DNA of 64,000 nt from a virus. Shown in pieces: positions 1 to 10,800 of this stretch. The first letter of the stretch is position 1, and the number at the start of each line of letters is the position of its first letter. Position numbers and translations under genes: made by a program. The notes below the pieces were generated by a model, which was given only the letters and a program-made list of their open reading frames with translations, had not been told where the DNA came from and did not search any database. The stretch lies in IMG/VR virus record IMGVR_UViG_3300028840_004913, positions 1 through 64,000 of that record. One strand, given 5' to 3'.

Positions 1-231
1 TCTATATATTTTTACTCTGCGCTGTCTCGGCCAGGCAGTACCCAGGCGCCTCGAACATTTCCTGTTTGACAATTCAACTGTAGCACCCTTTAGTTGATAT
101 GCATTCTGGTACTGCCGCATGAACTCAAGCATCGGCTTTTTTTCAATTATGGTGTTGTTCAGCCTTTGGGCATACGACTCGATAACCTTAACTTTTGAAT
201 TTCCCGTCCCAACGTTGCTCATGTATTTCAT
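1..231 (-). CDS. SprT-like zincin protein, N-terminal part (runs off the window edge)
   Basis: ATG at 231 after a GGGGGGTTACA RBS; homologous to the N-terminus of 59566..60123. Confidence 0.75.
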   Translation of the reverse strand, partial: MKYMSNVGTGNSKVKVIESYAQRLNNTIIEKKPMLEFMRQYQNAYQLKGATVELSNRKCSRRLGTAWPRQRRVKIYR

Positions 232-250
232 TTGTAACCCCCCTTAATGT

Positions 251-487
251 TTAGTATTCTATGCATGATTCAACAAGCATCGGCTCTGTAATGGCCCATA
301 GGTCCTCGGGTAAAAATGCCGGCTCAAAAGTATGTGTCCTGCCGATCATACCCTTTGCAACATGCTGGACTGTTATTTTAACGAGAAAATTTTCCTGGAA
401 TTCAACGTCTATAAATGAGTCTGCCCAACACCCAAGTTGTTCTGATTTAATGCTTTTTTTAAATGCGAAGATTCTTGTTTTTTTCAT
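251..487 (-). CDS. Hypothetical protein, present in copy A only
   Basis: GGAGG RBS, directly downstream of a sigma28-like promoter; no counterpart near 60123. Confidence 0.75.
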   Translation of the reverse strand: MKKTRIFAFKKSIKSEQLGCWADSFIDVEFQENFLVKITVQHVAKGMIGRTHTFEPAFLPEDLWAITEPMLVESCIEY

Positions 488-520
488 TTTATCCTCCGTT
501 TTTTTGTTGTGTTAAACTTA

Positions 521-547
521 GTATCGGCCATCTGAAAATATACTTTA
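521..547 (-). promoter_or_regulatory. Sigma28 (FliA)-type promoter
   Basis: Minus strand TAAA-gtatattttcagatg-GCCGATAC, 15-nt spacer, upstream A-tracts. Confidence 0.8.
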
Positions 548-580
548 GCTTTTTTTTTATTTTTTTGTCAAGCTTTTTTT

Positions 581-611
581 TGCACCATTAAGAAAGTTTT
601 TGTGATACTAT
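581..611 (+). promoter_or_regulatory. TGCACCATT-box promoter, probably leaderless
   Basis: TGCACCATT-N13-TGa-TACTAT-N6-ATG(618). Confidence 0.8.
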
Positions 612-617
612 GTTCAC

Positions 618-1190
618 ATGCCTTATAAAAACGACACAGGATACCCATCGAGCACAGAAATTCTGTCTCCGTGGATAGACAAGGATTATTTCAAGCCTAT
701 CCATTCTGAGCGAGGAATGTCTGTCCATGGACAATGTGCTGCGAACCTATTAAATCTACCGGTATTGCCTCAGCATCGATGGCCTACATATTATGAATCA
801 TTCCTAAAGCTTAGGCCTCATATATTGGAGGTATACGTCGTTGAGATCAGATATGTTGATGAAGATCTTGGATTCTGTGGTCAGCCGGATCTTATCGCCA
901 GGATGGACGAAACATATAACAATTGGACTATTCTTTGGGATTGGAAAACATCCCAGGCACGTTATAAGTATTGGGGTCCTCAAACGGCCAGCTATAAACA
1001 CCTGGTCGAGACAAATACGGGGCTACCTATTGATCGATGCGCGACGGCCAGGCTTCGCGGACCAAATAATAATCCGCACCTTCCACCGCTTATTGATATT
1101 TTTCAGCCGGAGCAGACAGAATTCCATTGGCAGGTATTCTGTAACGCTCTGATAAACCATAACTTTTTTGGAGGTAAATATGGATATTGA
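618..1190 (+). CDS. PD-(D/E)XK nuclease (exonuclease-like)
   Basis: GQPDLIA...WDWKTS...Q..SY motifs; same operon as the RecT-like gene. Confidence 0.8.
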   Translation: MPYKNDTGYPSSTEILSPWIDKDYFKPIHSERGMSVHGQCAANLLNLPVLPQHRWPTYYESFLKLRPHILEVYVVEIRYVDEDLGFCGQPDLIARMDETYNNWTILWDWKTSQARYKYWGPQTASYKHLVETNTGLPIDRCATARLRGPNNNPHLPPLIDIFQPEQTEFHWQVFCNALINHNFFGGKYGY

Positions 1191-1905
1191 TTTAAGCGTG
1201 ACAAAAAAACCAGAAAGACACGATCTTGTTGTCCTGAAAATGGCCGATATTGTCGTGGATGACGCTGATTTCTCGATCAAGAATTTGGCTGTTTTCGGGA
1301 AAAAAATCATGCTCAAGATTGAAGCCATGCAGGAAGAGGCCAATTCATTTCGGGCTACCTCTGCAAACAAAGACGATGCCACAGAGAGAGGTGCACAGGC
1401 AAAAAAGCTTGCAACCCTATTCGACAAAAAACGACAGGCGTATAAAGAGCCATATCTTAGACATGGCAAAGAGATCGATTCGGTTTTAATGCCTATCGTT
1501 AAGGCGCTCAAGGATATCGAAAAAACCATGGGCTCCAAATTATCGAAGGTCCTTCATAAAGAGGCAGAGAAAAAACGCCAGGAGGAAGCGGCAGCCAGGG
1601 CTGCTGAGCAGGAAGCAGCCAGGGAGGTTGCAAGAATCACGAAACAAAAGATCGCCCCGCCTGTGGCCTCTCAGCCGGCCTACGCAATTCCGCAAAGGGT
1701 CCAGGCAGAGACTGGGTCCGCTGGATTGAAATACAAGCCAGAGTTTATTGTTGTGGATTCTCTGTCTGACGTCGATCCTGCGTACCTGCAGTTGAATGAA
1801 CGTGCATTGGCAGACGCCTACCGAAATGGTATGCGCGGGAAAGATATCAAAGGGATTATGATTAACGAGATCCCTGTAACCAGTTTCGCAAATAAAAGGA
1901 GCTAA
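1180..1905 (+). CDS. Coiled-coil hypothetical protein of the recombination operon
   Basis: GGAGG before ATG 1180; conserved in copy B. Confidence 0.8.
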   Translation: MDIDLSVTKKPERHDLVVLKMADIVVDDADFSIKNLAVFGKKIMLKIEAMQEEANSFRATSANKDDATERGAQAKKLATLFDKKRQAYKEPYLRHGKEIDSVLMPIVKALKDIEKTMGSKLSKVLHKEAEKKRQEEAAARAAEQEAAREVARITKQKIAPPVASQPAYAIPQRVQAETGSAGLKYKPEFIVVDSLSDVDPAYLQLNERALADAYRNGMRGKDIKGIMINEIPVTSFANKRS

Positions 1906-1907
1906 AA

Positions 1908-3557
1908 ATGTCAGAAAAAAATTTACCGGCAATCCCGGTCGAAAAAGGCGAGATAGCCCCTAATGACATAGAGGGTCTTTGGTGGCTTGCAAATAGATTT
2001 TCAAACTCCGGAATGGTGCCAAAGGCATATATAAATTCTCCGGAAAAGGTTATCGTCGCCTGGGACATGGGCCTTTCCCTCGGACTAAACCGGACTGCAG
2101 CCCTTCAGAATATCGCGGTTATAAACGGCATGCCATCCGTTTGGGGTGACGCTGCCCTCGGGCTCGTTCAGAATTGTGATGAGTTTGAGGACTGCATCGA
2201 AACCTTCGCCGGAGAAATGTGGGCTGGCGATAAGATCAATAAGAATTTCAAGGCTATATGCCGCATAAAGCTGAAGAACCGCGAAGATGTTGTTAGGGAA
2301 TTCTCTATCGGCGAGGCGATATTGGCCGACTTGTGGGGGAAAGATATCTGGAAAAAATATCCGAAAAGAATGCTTCAAATGAGGGCCAGGTCCTGGGCTA
2401 TCCGCGACGCCTTACCTGGAGCCCTTAAAGGTTTGAAAGTCGCCGAGGAAGCAATGGATTATGACGTCGACCTTGTGAAAGCATCCGACGGAACATTCAT
2501 TCCGGAATCCACCGAAATGACAGATGATGATCTCGCCGAGGCCATAAAAGCAAGATATGATACTGATACCCCTGTTGATTTTATCCGGTATTTAATAGAC
2601 ACAATGCACGCGAATGATGCGACAGCAAAAGATTTCCTCGATTATATCGAGAACCATGGCGCAGAATTACTCGCGGGGTATAACGCGAACGTTGTCGACG
2701 CTGATTTCCAACCACCGGAAGAACCGGAAACTTCTGAGCCAGAGGCCGTTGAACCCGAGGCCGTTGAACCCGAGGTGGTTGAACCAGAGGTGGTTGAACC
2801 AGAGGTGGTTGAACCCGAACAGGAAGAGGTTATAGCTGACGGGTGGATAGCCCCCGGGTGGGCAGCGGAAAACGTCGATCTTATCAATCTTGCATGTAAA
2901 TTTAAAGCGTCGCTTAAAAATGTCGTCGATTGGATAGAAATTATTTGCGATCGCCAAAATCTTGGGCCTGGTGATGTCGTCGTGTATATCGAAAAACACA
3001 TGGACAGGGCAGAGAAAACATTCGGCGAATATATCGAAGAAAATCGCCGTGATGCATCCGTAGCCGGCGAAGAGGTCGCCGAGGATACCGACGTCGCAAA
3101 AGAAGAACCAGACCAGGAGAAGGCGCCAATGTCGCCGGCCGCCGAGGTCAGGATGTTCAACCATATGTCCGCGGCAGATCTTGAAGTATGGGTAAACGAA
3201 AACCTCGATACTGTCAAGGTGTTTTCAGATGAATCCCGCCAAAAGCTGGTTGACAAATGGAATCGCCTGGTAAAGAAGCCTTTCCCTGGGAGCCAGGAAG
3301 AGCCTAAAAAGGCAGAGCCGGACAGGGAAGTAAACGATAATGGTCCGGACCTTAATGAGATCGAGGACAGGAAGAAAGAAAAGATCAGGACCAGGCTCGT
3401 TTATTTGCGTAAAACATATCCGAATACCTGTGAAGAGATCAGGGAGAAACACGGATTCGGCCAGATGGTTAGCAGCGACGACGCAGCAAGAATATGGGTT
3501 GATGATGTGCTCGACCTGCTATCGAAGAAAAAATCTGAGGGAAAGGAATTGAACTGA
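1908..3557 (+). CDS. RecT-like single-strand annealing protein with long acidic C-terminus
   Basis: [16 protein letters not shown] and [20 protein letters not shown] motifs. Confidence 0.85.
   Translation: MSEKNLPAIPVEKGEIAPNDIEGLWWLANRFSNSGMVPKAYINSPEKVIVAWDMGLSLGLNRTAALQNIAVINGMPSVWGDAALGLVQNCDEFEDCIETFAGEMWAGDKINKNFKAICRIKLKNREDVVREFSIGEAILADLWGKDIWKKYPKRMLQMRARSWAIRDALPGALKGLKVAEEAMDYDVDLVKASDGTFIPESTEMTDDDLAEAIKARYDTDTPVDFIRYLIDTMHANDATAKDFLDYIENHGAELLAGYNANVVDADFQPPEEPETSEPEAVEPEAVEPEVVEPEVVEPEVVEPEQEEVIADGWIAPGWAAENVDLINLACKFKASLKNVVDWIEIICDRQNLGPGDVVVYIEKHMDRAEKTFGEYIEENRRDASVAGEEVAEDTDVAKEEPDQEKAPMSPAAEVRMFNHMSAADLEVWVNENLDTVKVFSDESRQKLVDKWNRLVKKPFPGSQEEPKKAEPDREVNDNGPDLNEIEDRKKEKIRTRLVYLRKTYPNTCEEIREKHGFGQMVSSDDAARIWVDDVLDLLSKKKSEGKELN
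2736..2819 (+). repeat. 15-bp coding tandem repeat, ~5.6 copies (EPE[A/V]V)
   Basis: Units such as gaacccgaggccgtt and gaaccagaggtggtt. Confidence 0.95.
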
Positions 3558-3844
3558 TGAAACGCCTACCGGATGAATCCTTCGAGGATTATAAGAAGCG
3601 CAGGAAGCTCGCGAATGAGGAAACAAAAGCAAGGCTAAAGGGTAGAAGGGTGTTCGAGTCAACATACCTGTCCCTTGAGAAGGACCCCGAAACAGGTGAC
3701 GAGAAAGTAGTTATAAAAACAAAGACTTACCAGCGCGGAAAGAATGGCCTATCCATGTCTCAGGCAGACAAAAACAGATATGATGCTTTGCTAAGAAAGG
3801 CAGAAAGGAAAGCGAAAAATGCAGATGAAAATACCAAACATTAA
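3557..3844 (+). CDS. Small basic hypothetical protein
   Basis: TGATG-coupled ORF; conserved in copy B. Confidence 0.8.
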   Translation: MKRLPDESFEDYKKRRKLANEETKARLKGRRVFESTYLSLEKDPETGDEKVVIKTKTYQRGKNGLSMSQADKNRYDALLRKAERKAKNADENTKH

Positions 3845-4481
3845 ATTCGATTTGGACGGATGCCTTATTGATTGGTCCTCATATTTCAGGGCATTAATGA
3901 ACAATATGGGATTTACTGTCAGAGATACCGGTGGGTTTTATTGGGATCTATACAATGAAAAAGGGCAAAAATTAAGCTATGAAGATGCCTCTTATTTTGT
4001 TTATGCGTCCATGGAGCATGTCGAAGAATTTCACCCAATGCCTGGAGCCAGATCGTTTCTGACATGGTTTTACGAATTTACAAACCGTCCGGTACAGGTG
4101 ATAACCCATAGGCCATACCAGGTAGCAGGGTACACTCACCAGGTTTTTGAGAGGCTATTCCCAGGGGTCCCGTTCACAATTTCCTTTGTTTTAAATACGT
4201 CTGACAAGCCGTTGTTTATGGGCGATTCAATTATTTTTTATGAAGATCGCCGCAAGACGGCAGTCGAAATGGCCGAGCTCGGGTTCACAGTTTTTATGCC
4301 AATGCGTGACTATAATTGGCCGATATCAGAGTGCACAGTACCGGTCGTCGAGCTTAATAAACTCGACCCAAAAATAGAATACCAGGGTGGTCCTTGGCTT
4401 AAGGATGGTGGCAGGATTATAGCCGTGTATTCAATACTGGACCTGCAGGACAAGCGGGTGGTGAACCTTCTATTCAAATAG
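3819..4481 (+). CDS. HAD-family 5'(3')-deoxyribonucleotidase-like protein
   Basis: FDLDG motif I, PMPGA, ITHR, YED. Confidence 0.8.
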   Translation: MQMKIPNIKFDLDGCLIDWSSYFRALMNNMGFTVRDTGGFYWDLYNEKGQKLSYEDASYFVYASMEHVEEFHPMPGARSFLTWFYEFTNRPVQVITHRPYQVAGYTHQVFERLFPGVPFTISFVLNTSDKPLFMGDSIIFYEDRRKTAVEMAELGFTVFMPMRDYNWPISECTVPVVELNKLDPKIEYQGGPWLKDGGRIIAVYSILDLQDKRVVNLLFK

Positions 4482-4500
4482 CCCATGCCGGAAAAAGAAC

Positions 4501-4523
4501 GGGGGAGCGTGGGCGGCTCCCCC
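4501..4523. terminator. Hairpin between convergent operons
   Basis: GGGGGAGC...GCTCCCCC stem. Confidence 0.65.
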
Positions 4524-4529
4524 AAACAT

Positions 4530-4967
4530 TTATTCTGGCTTTTTCTTCAAGCTCTTTACAATATCTATCGCCGGCTGAGCGGTCTTTTCAATCGACCGGC
4601 CGACAATGTACCCACCAAGGCCATACTTCAAAAGCGTGAATACTTCAACAAGAACAGACTCCGTTATGTATTCTGGCTTTATCCCAAACCATGTCAGGAA
4701 TAAAAGGAATAGAAATCCGAGCATGGTTATCGGGCGCCAGGACCTCGTAAGCCACGACTCTGAATTCGCCTCAGCCATTATGATATCGCGCTGTGCGGCA
4801 ATCGTGGCCATCAATTCCTGGTGGTTCATCCCCATTACTGTCAAGGATATTTCCTGCTTCAACTTCTCGGCGAGGTCCTTATCTGGAACTGCCTTGTCGA
4901 TAACCCCTATCACCTTATCAAGGATCTTGCCGACAACTGGAAGCGCGGCTAAAATTGGGAATGCCAT
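4530..4967 (-). CDS. Holin (3TM holin-like)
   Basis: IMAEANSESWLTRSWRP motif and TM segments; next to the endolysin. Confidence 0.85.
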   Translation of the reverse strand: MAFPILAALPVVGKILDKVIGVIDKAVPDKDLAEKLKQEISLTVMGMNHQELMATIAAQRDIIMAEANSESWLTRSWRPITMLGFLFLLFLTWFGIKPEYITESVLVEVFTLLKYGLGGYIVGRSIEKTAQPAIDIVKSLKKKPE

Positions 4968-5389
4968 TATACCCCCCTCCGCATAATATCAGAAAGCTCT
5001 ATCGCCCTTACACCAACCTGCTCGGCCCATTTTGAGTCAAGCATTTCAATGGCAGCAATGTGAAAATCCTCACCCTGCATGGCGGCGATAAACTTTTTGA
5101 ATTTGCTCAATTTTGTATATCCGAGATTAAACATCATATTGAATAGAACCTCCTGGCGCTTTTCATTAAGATGATATAATCCGTTTACAGATATAAACTT
5201 TTCATGATCTTCGAGGACGATGGAAAGGTCATAAGAAAGAATAGACTCCCAAATATGATCCGGAAGCTTCGAACCCTCATGAAAGGCATGACCATAACCA
5301 CCAGTAGGCACCCCGACGGTATCGATGTAAATACTATCGCGGTATCCCTCGTGGCGCATTATATCCTGTTTAACTTTTTTCCAATTCAT
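4967..5389 (-). CDS. Endolysin, T4-like lysozyme (GH24)
   Basis: HEG...YIDTVGVPTGGYGH, NMMFNLG, EMLDSKWAEQV. Confidence 0.9.
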   Translation of the reverse strand: MNWKKVKQDIMRHEGYRDSIYIDTVGVPTGGYGHAFHEGSKLPDHIWESILSYDLSIVLEDHEKFISVNGLYHLNEKRQEVLFNMMFNLGYTKLSKFKKFIAAMQGEDFHIAAIEMLDSKWAEQVGVRAIELSDIMRRGV

Positions 5390-5407
5390 TGTAACCCCCC
5401 AATATTA

Positions 5408-5713
5408 TTATTCTTTATTTTTCATTTGTATCAACAGGGTCTTTACCTCGCTGACCTTGTCTCCAACTCGATCGATCTTATTTTCAAGCTGTATCTGTCT
5501 TGTGTTGACCTCTTTTATATCCTCAGCGATATGTCTCTCGTGGGCGTCCATCCTTTCCTTGGACTCTATCTTTGTCTGGTATGTCTCCGGAAAATTAGCA
5601 ACCCGCTCGAATTGCCAGGCTCCAAGGAAGCTGAGGATTCCGACAAAGCACATTAGGACAAGGGATATCCACCAGCTATTTCGCTCAAAAGTACCTCTAA
5701 CTTTATCGACCAT
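5408..5713 (-). CDS. Membrane-anchored coiled-coil protein, lysis-associated
   Basis: N-terminal TM plus coiled coil, upstream of the endolysin. Confidence 0.65.
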   Translation of the reverse strand: MVDKVRGTFERNSWWISLVLMCFVGILSFLGAWQFERVANFPETYQTKIESKERMDAHERHIAEDIKEVNTRQIQLENKIDRVGDKVSEVKTLLIQMKNKE

Positions 5714-5716
5714 TAT

Positions 5717-6433
5717 TCAAATTCCCCATTTCGCCTTTAATCCATTTATATTATTTGTTATTGGCTCATTGTAATTATATGCAATAAATTCCATTATATA
5801 CATTGTTTTCCTATTGTTTGTATCCCAATTTGCTGCAAGGGTAAGCCCACCCATTATCTGCGTTCCAACATTCGCCTGAGAATAATTAGAACCATCAATA
5901 TTTATGAAGGAAAAAGTTGTGTTGAATTTCACAGACATGACATGTATATTTGTATCCATAAGTACGTTTTGATCATATATTGCACCTGCGTACAGTTTTA
6001 TTTCGTTGCCCTCAAGATATGCGTATTGCCTCCACGAGCCTGACCCCATTCCAGAAAACATAGCTCCGTCTGTCAGATTCGCAAACTTAAAAACCATGAA
6101 ATATGTAGCAGGCTGTATAACGTCTGGCCAATCATATCTTAGATAGTTATTGTCAAAATAAACGGCCGGCAACGATCCTTGGATATTCGTTTTAAAAACA
6201 GGAGACGATCCAGTAAGGTGATACCCGTTACCCGACAAGTCTGTCCATGAATTTACGCTGTCGTTATTATTAAGGGAAAGCTGGCTTGCATCGTACCATC
6301 CATATGGCGTACCTGATGGAACGAATGGTGCGCCAGCCTCTTCGCCGGATATCTTCGAAATATTTCCGACTGCCTTTTTATTTATATCAGAGACAGACCC
6401 ATAAGCTGCTGTATTTATTTCTGAAATAGACAT
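5717..6433 (-). CDS. LamG/ConA-like putative receptor-binding protein
   Basis: WYDAS...V.SW.DLSGNG.HL motif; AT-rich relative to neighbours. Confidence 0.7.
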   Translation of the reverse strand: MSISEINTAAYGSVSDINKKAVGNISKISGEEAGAPFVPSGTPYGWYDASQLSLNNNDSVNSWTDLSGNGYHLTGSSPVFKTNIQGSLPAVYFDNNYLRYDWPDVIQPATYFMVFKFANLTDGAMFSGMGSGSWRQYAYLEGNEIKLYAGAIYDQNVLMDTNIHVMSVKFNTTFSFINIDGSNYSQANVGTQIMGGLTLAANWDTNNRKTMYIMEFIAYNYNEPITNNINGLKAKWGI

Positions 6434-7464
6434 TAGGCAACCTCTATAAACGTTTTGTCTGGATCAAAAAATATGATATCTGCAGACATCGCATACCCGA
6501 TAACCCTTACTATTTCGCCGGACCCTGATGGAGCGGTCTCTGTTATATCCCCGGCATCGGTATCCGCATACAACGGGGCGCCTACCGTCCAATTCCAGGA
6601 ATCTTGCCTCATGAATCCTCTTGTCAAAACCTTCTTTACGCCGGTGCCTGATTCCATGGCCATTACAAGCATGCTTGAACATGTGGCCTCTGCATCAGCA
6701 TCTGCATCCCCGAAATTCCCGTCAGACTCAAGATGGAGAAGGCCGCCTATCCCGATTGTGTTCGCGTCAACGGTTACACGGATCATGTCGCCGGATCCGG
6801 TTTCGTCTGTGTTCGGCGTCGGGTCTACTTCGAAGCAACCACCACCAGTTAAAAGGACGCCGTCAATAGTAGTCGCGAGCCTTGGGTAGCCGGCCCAATA
6901 AAGAGCAGAACCTCCGCTCGGATCGAAGTCTGCGACCGTTACGGTACCAAATCCACTCTGGACTGCTGTTAGCTCGATATGGTCATCATCTTGCAATGCC
7001 CTTATAACAAGCTTGTCAGGTAATCTTCCAGTCACCATGCCAACGCCAGATGGCACATCGTCATATACTACTAAGCTGCCGCCGTCTGCCTCTGCGATCA
7101 GATCTGCCCTTGTCTCACCAGATCCAGGGTCTATTACACCAATATTTGAGGCGGTACCGTCCGAATAAAAATATGAAACAAGTCCGATTGTATCTGGAGT
7201 GTATTCTGCTCCAAAATAGAAACCGTTATCATCCTTTGTCCCAATCATTATTGGGATATCGCCTACTGGTGCATACTCTGCAAACCGGAAGCATCCATTA
7301 CCGTTTAACGTTATATCAACAACCCCGCCGGCACCGGTATCGACAACCTCTACGCTCGAATCATCGGCTTCTATTTTAGAGAGGTCAAGCGCAGCAATGG
7401 CGTCGTCTACTATTTGCTGCAAAAGCTCCTCTGTATTCCACCTTCCTATTCTCCAACCACCCAT
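6433..7464 (-). CDS. Putative tail fibre protein
   Basis: Gly/Asp-rich beta protein; C-terminal WTVGAPLY...G.IT.TAP...IGYA module. Confidence 0.65.
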   Translation of the reverse strand: MGGWRIGRWNTEELLQQIVDDAIAALDLSKIEADDSSVEVVDTGAGGVVDITLNGNGCFRFAEYAPVGDIPIMIGTKDDNGFYFGAEYTPDTIGLVSYFYSDGTASNIGVIDPGSGETRADLIAEADGGSLVVYDDVPSGVGMVTGRLPDKLVIRALQDDDHIELTAVQSGFGTVTVADFDPSGGSALYWAGYPRLATTIDGVLLTGGGCFEVDPTPNTDETGSGDMIRVTVDANTIGIGGLLHLESDGNFGDADADAEATCSSMLVMAMESGTGVKKVLTRGFMRQDSWNWTVGAPLYADTDAGDITETAPSGSGEIVRVIGYAMSADIIFFDPDKTFIEVA

Positions 7465-7479
7465 GGTATTACCTCCGGA

Positions 7480-7851
7480 TTATTGCATTGCCACCCATGC
7501 ATTTATAACGGCCGGTGCCTCTGCCGTTTCTGTGAATATAAATTTAATCTTTCTGGATAGCTTAGGGTTGATATCGAACAGAGCATTCCCGTCTGTACCT
7601 GGACCACTCGCTTCTGTGAATGCTTCCGCAATAACGCCGGCGGCTTCCTGGTCTATCCAAACGGGATTCTGGTCCATATTGGTCAATTCATAGGATATGT
7701 CTACCTCTGCATCAGCCCCTGTAATTGCGACCTGCAGAGAGAAAATACCCTCGAGATTGAACCGCTCAAAATCTATTATATATTCGACTGTCCCTAATGC
7801 GGGGAGTGCCTTATCGCCGAATATTTGTATTGCTGATGTGGGTGTACTCAT
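7480..7851 (-). CDS. Hypothetical virion protein
   Basis: GGAGG RBS; position in the tail module. Confidence 0.7.
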   Translation of the reverse strand: MSTPTSAIQIFGDKALPALGTVEYIIDFERFNLEGIFSLQVAITGADAEVDISYELTNMDQNPVWIDQEAAGVIAEAFTEASGPGTDGNALFDINPKLSRKIKFIFTETAEAPAVINAWVAMQ

Positions 7852-7866
7852 TGTAACCTCCTGATT

Positions 7867-10800
7867 TTATTTCTTATCTTCATATAACTTCATGACGTTC
7901 CGGACAATCTCGTTCTTCTGTCCGGTCCACCTGTCAATTTTTTCCTTCTTTTCGTCACCGTCCATAGTATCGCTAAGCCAGGCTTTGCGTATTTTTTTGT
8001 TTAGATCTGTGAGCCGGCTTCTTTCCTTATGGAATCTCTTCCGCATTGAAAGCTTTTTCCGGTGCTTTTCCTTGATCGCCTTGGCAGCCTCATAATCGCC
8101 TATCATATTAAGATGTTTGACGTCTGCGAAAAGCTGGTCTGCCTCTTTTGTTATTTCATATAACCTACTAATATATTTGGTGTAACGGGGATTGTCGGCC
8201 TGGCGCAAGAACCTACCGATCATTGGGTAGTCGTCTACCCTCTTTGTCGGTCGCTCAGGGTAATCCATCAACCACCTGGCGGCCGGATCCGTAAAGAAGA
8301 GAGCAAGGTTGACATATGTCGCGAAATACCCCTTTACGAACTCCTCCGCTCTTTTTGGCGGTATCCCGGCTATCTCACCAAGGGCCTTGAATGTTTCAGA
8401 GGTCCATGGCTCTGCCCTAAGCCCTGGAGATAATTTGCCAATCCGCTCTCCCTCGATTTGTCGGCCGGTGAACATGCTCTTGTTAAAGATCTGTTCTGCA
8501 ATCGGTATGGCCGCCTGTGGGACCGGATTGAAAGCGAACGTATCCATTACTGCGTGGCCCATCGTTTTTAATATGTACGTCCACGACTCATTGCCGACAG
8601 CGGAGTCTGCTGCAGCGGTCCATAGGGTTGATCCTATGACACCAGTCTCAAAAGGCTTCGGTATACGGATATGCCAATCTCCTATCCAAAAATTATAGTA
8701 TTGCCATTTCTCCCAATCCTCAAGCTCTTTATATCTTTCGTCGTCTGCGAACGCTGCCCAGGCAGCCAAAGACAGGGCGGCCAGCGCAAGGGTTTTGCCG
8801 GCGAAAACCTTCGGATTCTCTTTTGCCGCTCGGCCCATTTTATACAGGCCCTGGATCCTTGCATTAAGGAATGGAACGACTGCTGTAAAGAATGCAAGGT
8901 TGTCAGATGTTCCAGACATCTGGAAGTCCATTATATCCCGGGCGCCGAATGCGGCTTCAAGCTGTGTCTTTCCTTTTTTGCGAAGGTTGCTGTATAGCTG
9001 TACCCTTGCAGCGTTCTCTGAGGCCTCTCCTATTTCAGCCCAAAGCCTCCATGGCGCGGCGAGAACATTCCATACCTTTCCGCGCATCTTCTTTTCAGAG
9101 ACACCTTTGAGGTATTTAGAAACAGCCTTAGGATCATCTGCCCTTACATAAGAGCCAGCGAACGCATGTCCGGAAGCAAGATATTCTATGTAGTCCTTAT
9201 CCTTAAATACGATCTTCGCGACACCCTTTATTGAGTCAAGGAATGGTATAAAGTCGTTTGATATCATCCCGGTATGCAGCGTGTCCCTCAGGAAGTTTGC
9301 AGCCTTGAACGCAGGGCCAAAGGTGGCTCCCATTGTAAGCCATCTTTTTGGATATCTCAGGGCGTTCACGAGCATATTGTCTGCCCTGATTGATCTCATC
9401 AAACTCATTGCTGAAAATAGCTCCGGATCATTTACCCTGAAAAACCTGGTCTTTCCCTTATCCTTGAACCCGAGCACCGGCTCACCTGTTTTCTGCTCGA
9501 TAAAGGTAGCCTTTCCAACACCCTTGAATCTAACGGTATCTGACCATTTGACCTCTTCGATAAGGGGCTTTTCAATTTCATTACCATCATCATCGAGTGC
9601 CATGTATCCACTCGGAAGGCCAAGGTCGACAGCATTCCGGAACGCATCACCTCGAGCTTTGTTCTTGACACTCTCGACGATAAGATGATTCCAGTTTTTC
9701 ATAATATTTTCAAAGGGATCTCCGATTTTCTTTTCAGAACCTTTGAGCCGTTTTATCTGTGAGGACAAAAACTTTGACCCCTGCAATGGGCCTTTTATGA
9801 ATTCATTAGATGATTCCTCATCCTCGAAAACGCGATAGAACGGGATATAGAATTCTTGCTGGAATAGCTTCCTGGAAGCCGGATCTATTAAACCGGCTTG
9901 CTGAGCTATATCAAGAATGGCATCGTTAAATCCCTGGAATTCTTTATTAATCTCATTCCATGATTTTTTACCCTTTGGGTCGCCTATCCATTTCATCAAT
10001 ATATCTCTGTCAGTTTTATCCAGAAGCTTCTCGCGGCCTTCTGCGTCCAGGGCCTCTGCCCTTTTGACAACCAGCCAATAGAAAAATTTCTCGCCATCTT
10101 TACCGAGGCTTTTAACCCATGGAATAAATCCCTCGTTTTTCGTATCGACAGTAAGCACATTCCCGTCCGCATTCCATTTTAATTTCCCATGCAAAAGCTG
10201 GCCGAGGACCGACGTCGGAGCACCAGGTATACCGCGGTGTAGCATGTAAATAATACCTTCCCCGAAGCGTGCCTTTATTGGTGCGAATCTGTCTGCAATC
10301 AGGGTTGCTCTATTTTTCCAGAATGATTTCCAGGACTTAGCAACCTTTTCCCGCATCGGGACATCGTCTCTTCCGATCTTCGCGTCTATGACAGCCTTCG
10401 CATCTTTTTCAATAATTTCAACTGTATCGAAGCCAGGGATTATCGGGACATCGTCAACCGTATTCATATCGTACCAGGTTTGATCGACGAAGTCCTTAAA
10501 GCTATCGTATCCGGAATCCTTCATTATTCCATCAAGGGTCGACAGGTCTGTATTGTCGTCATAGATAAAATCGTTCAACTCATCCATGGCGGCCTCGTAT
10601 GCGCCGTCCCTTTGATCAGGATTCAAGATCTCCCTGTTTATCGTTTTTATAATAAGCTGTTCAGCGGAATCCGCAATTTGAGTCCGGTCCTCTCTGGTTG
10701 CATCCCAGGTAGCCGGCGCGATATCGTCAAGCCTCGAGTCGACGAACTCCTCGAATGATCCATACCCCTCGATAGCATCATCGACGATATCATCGAGTAG

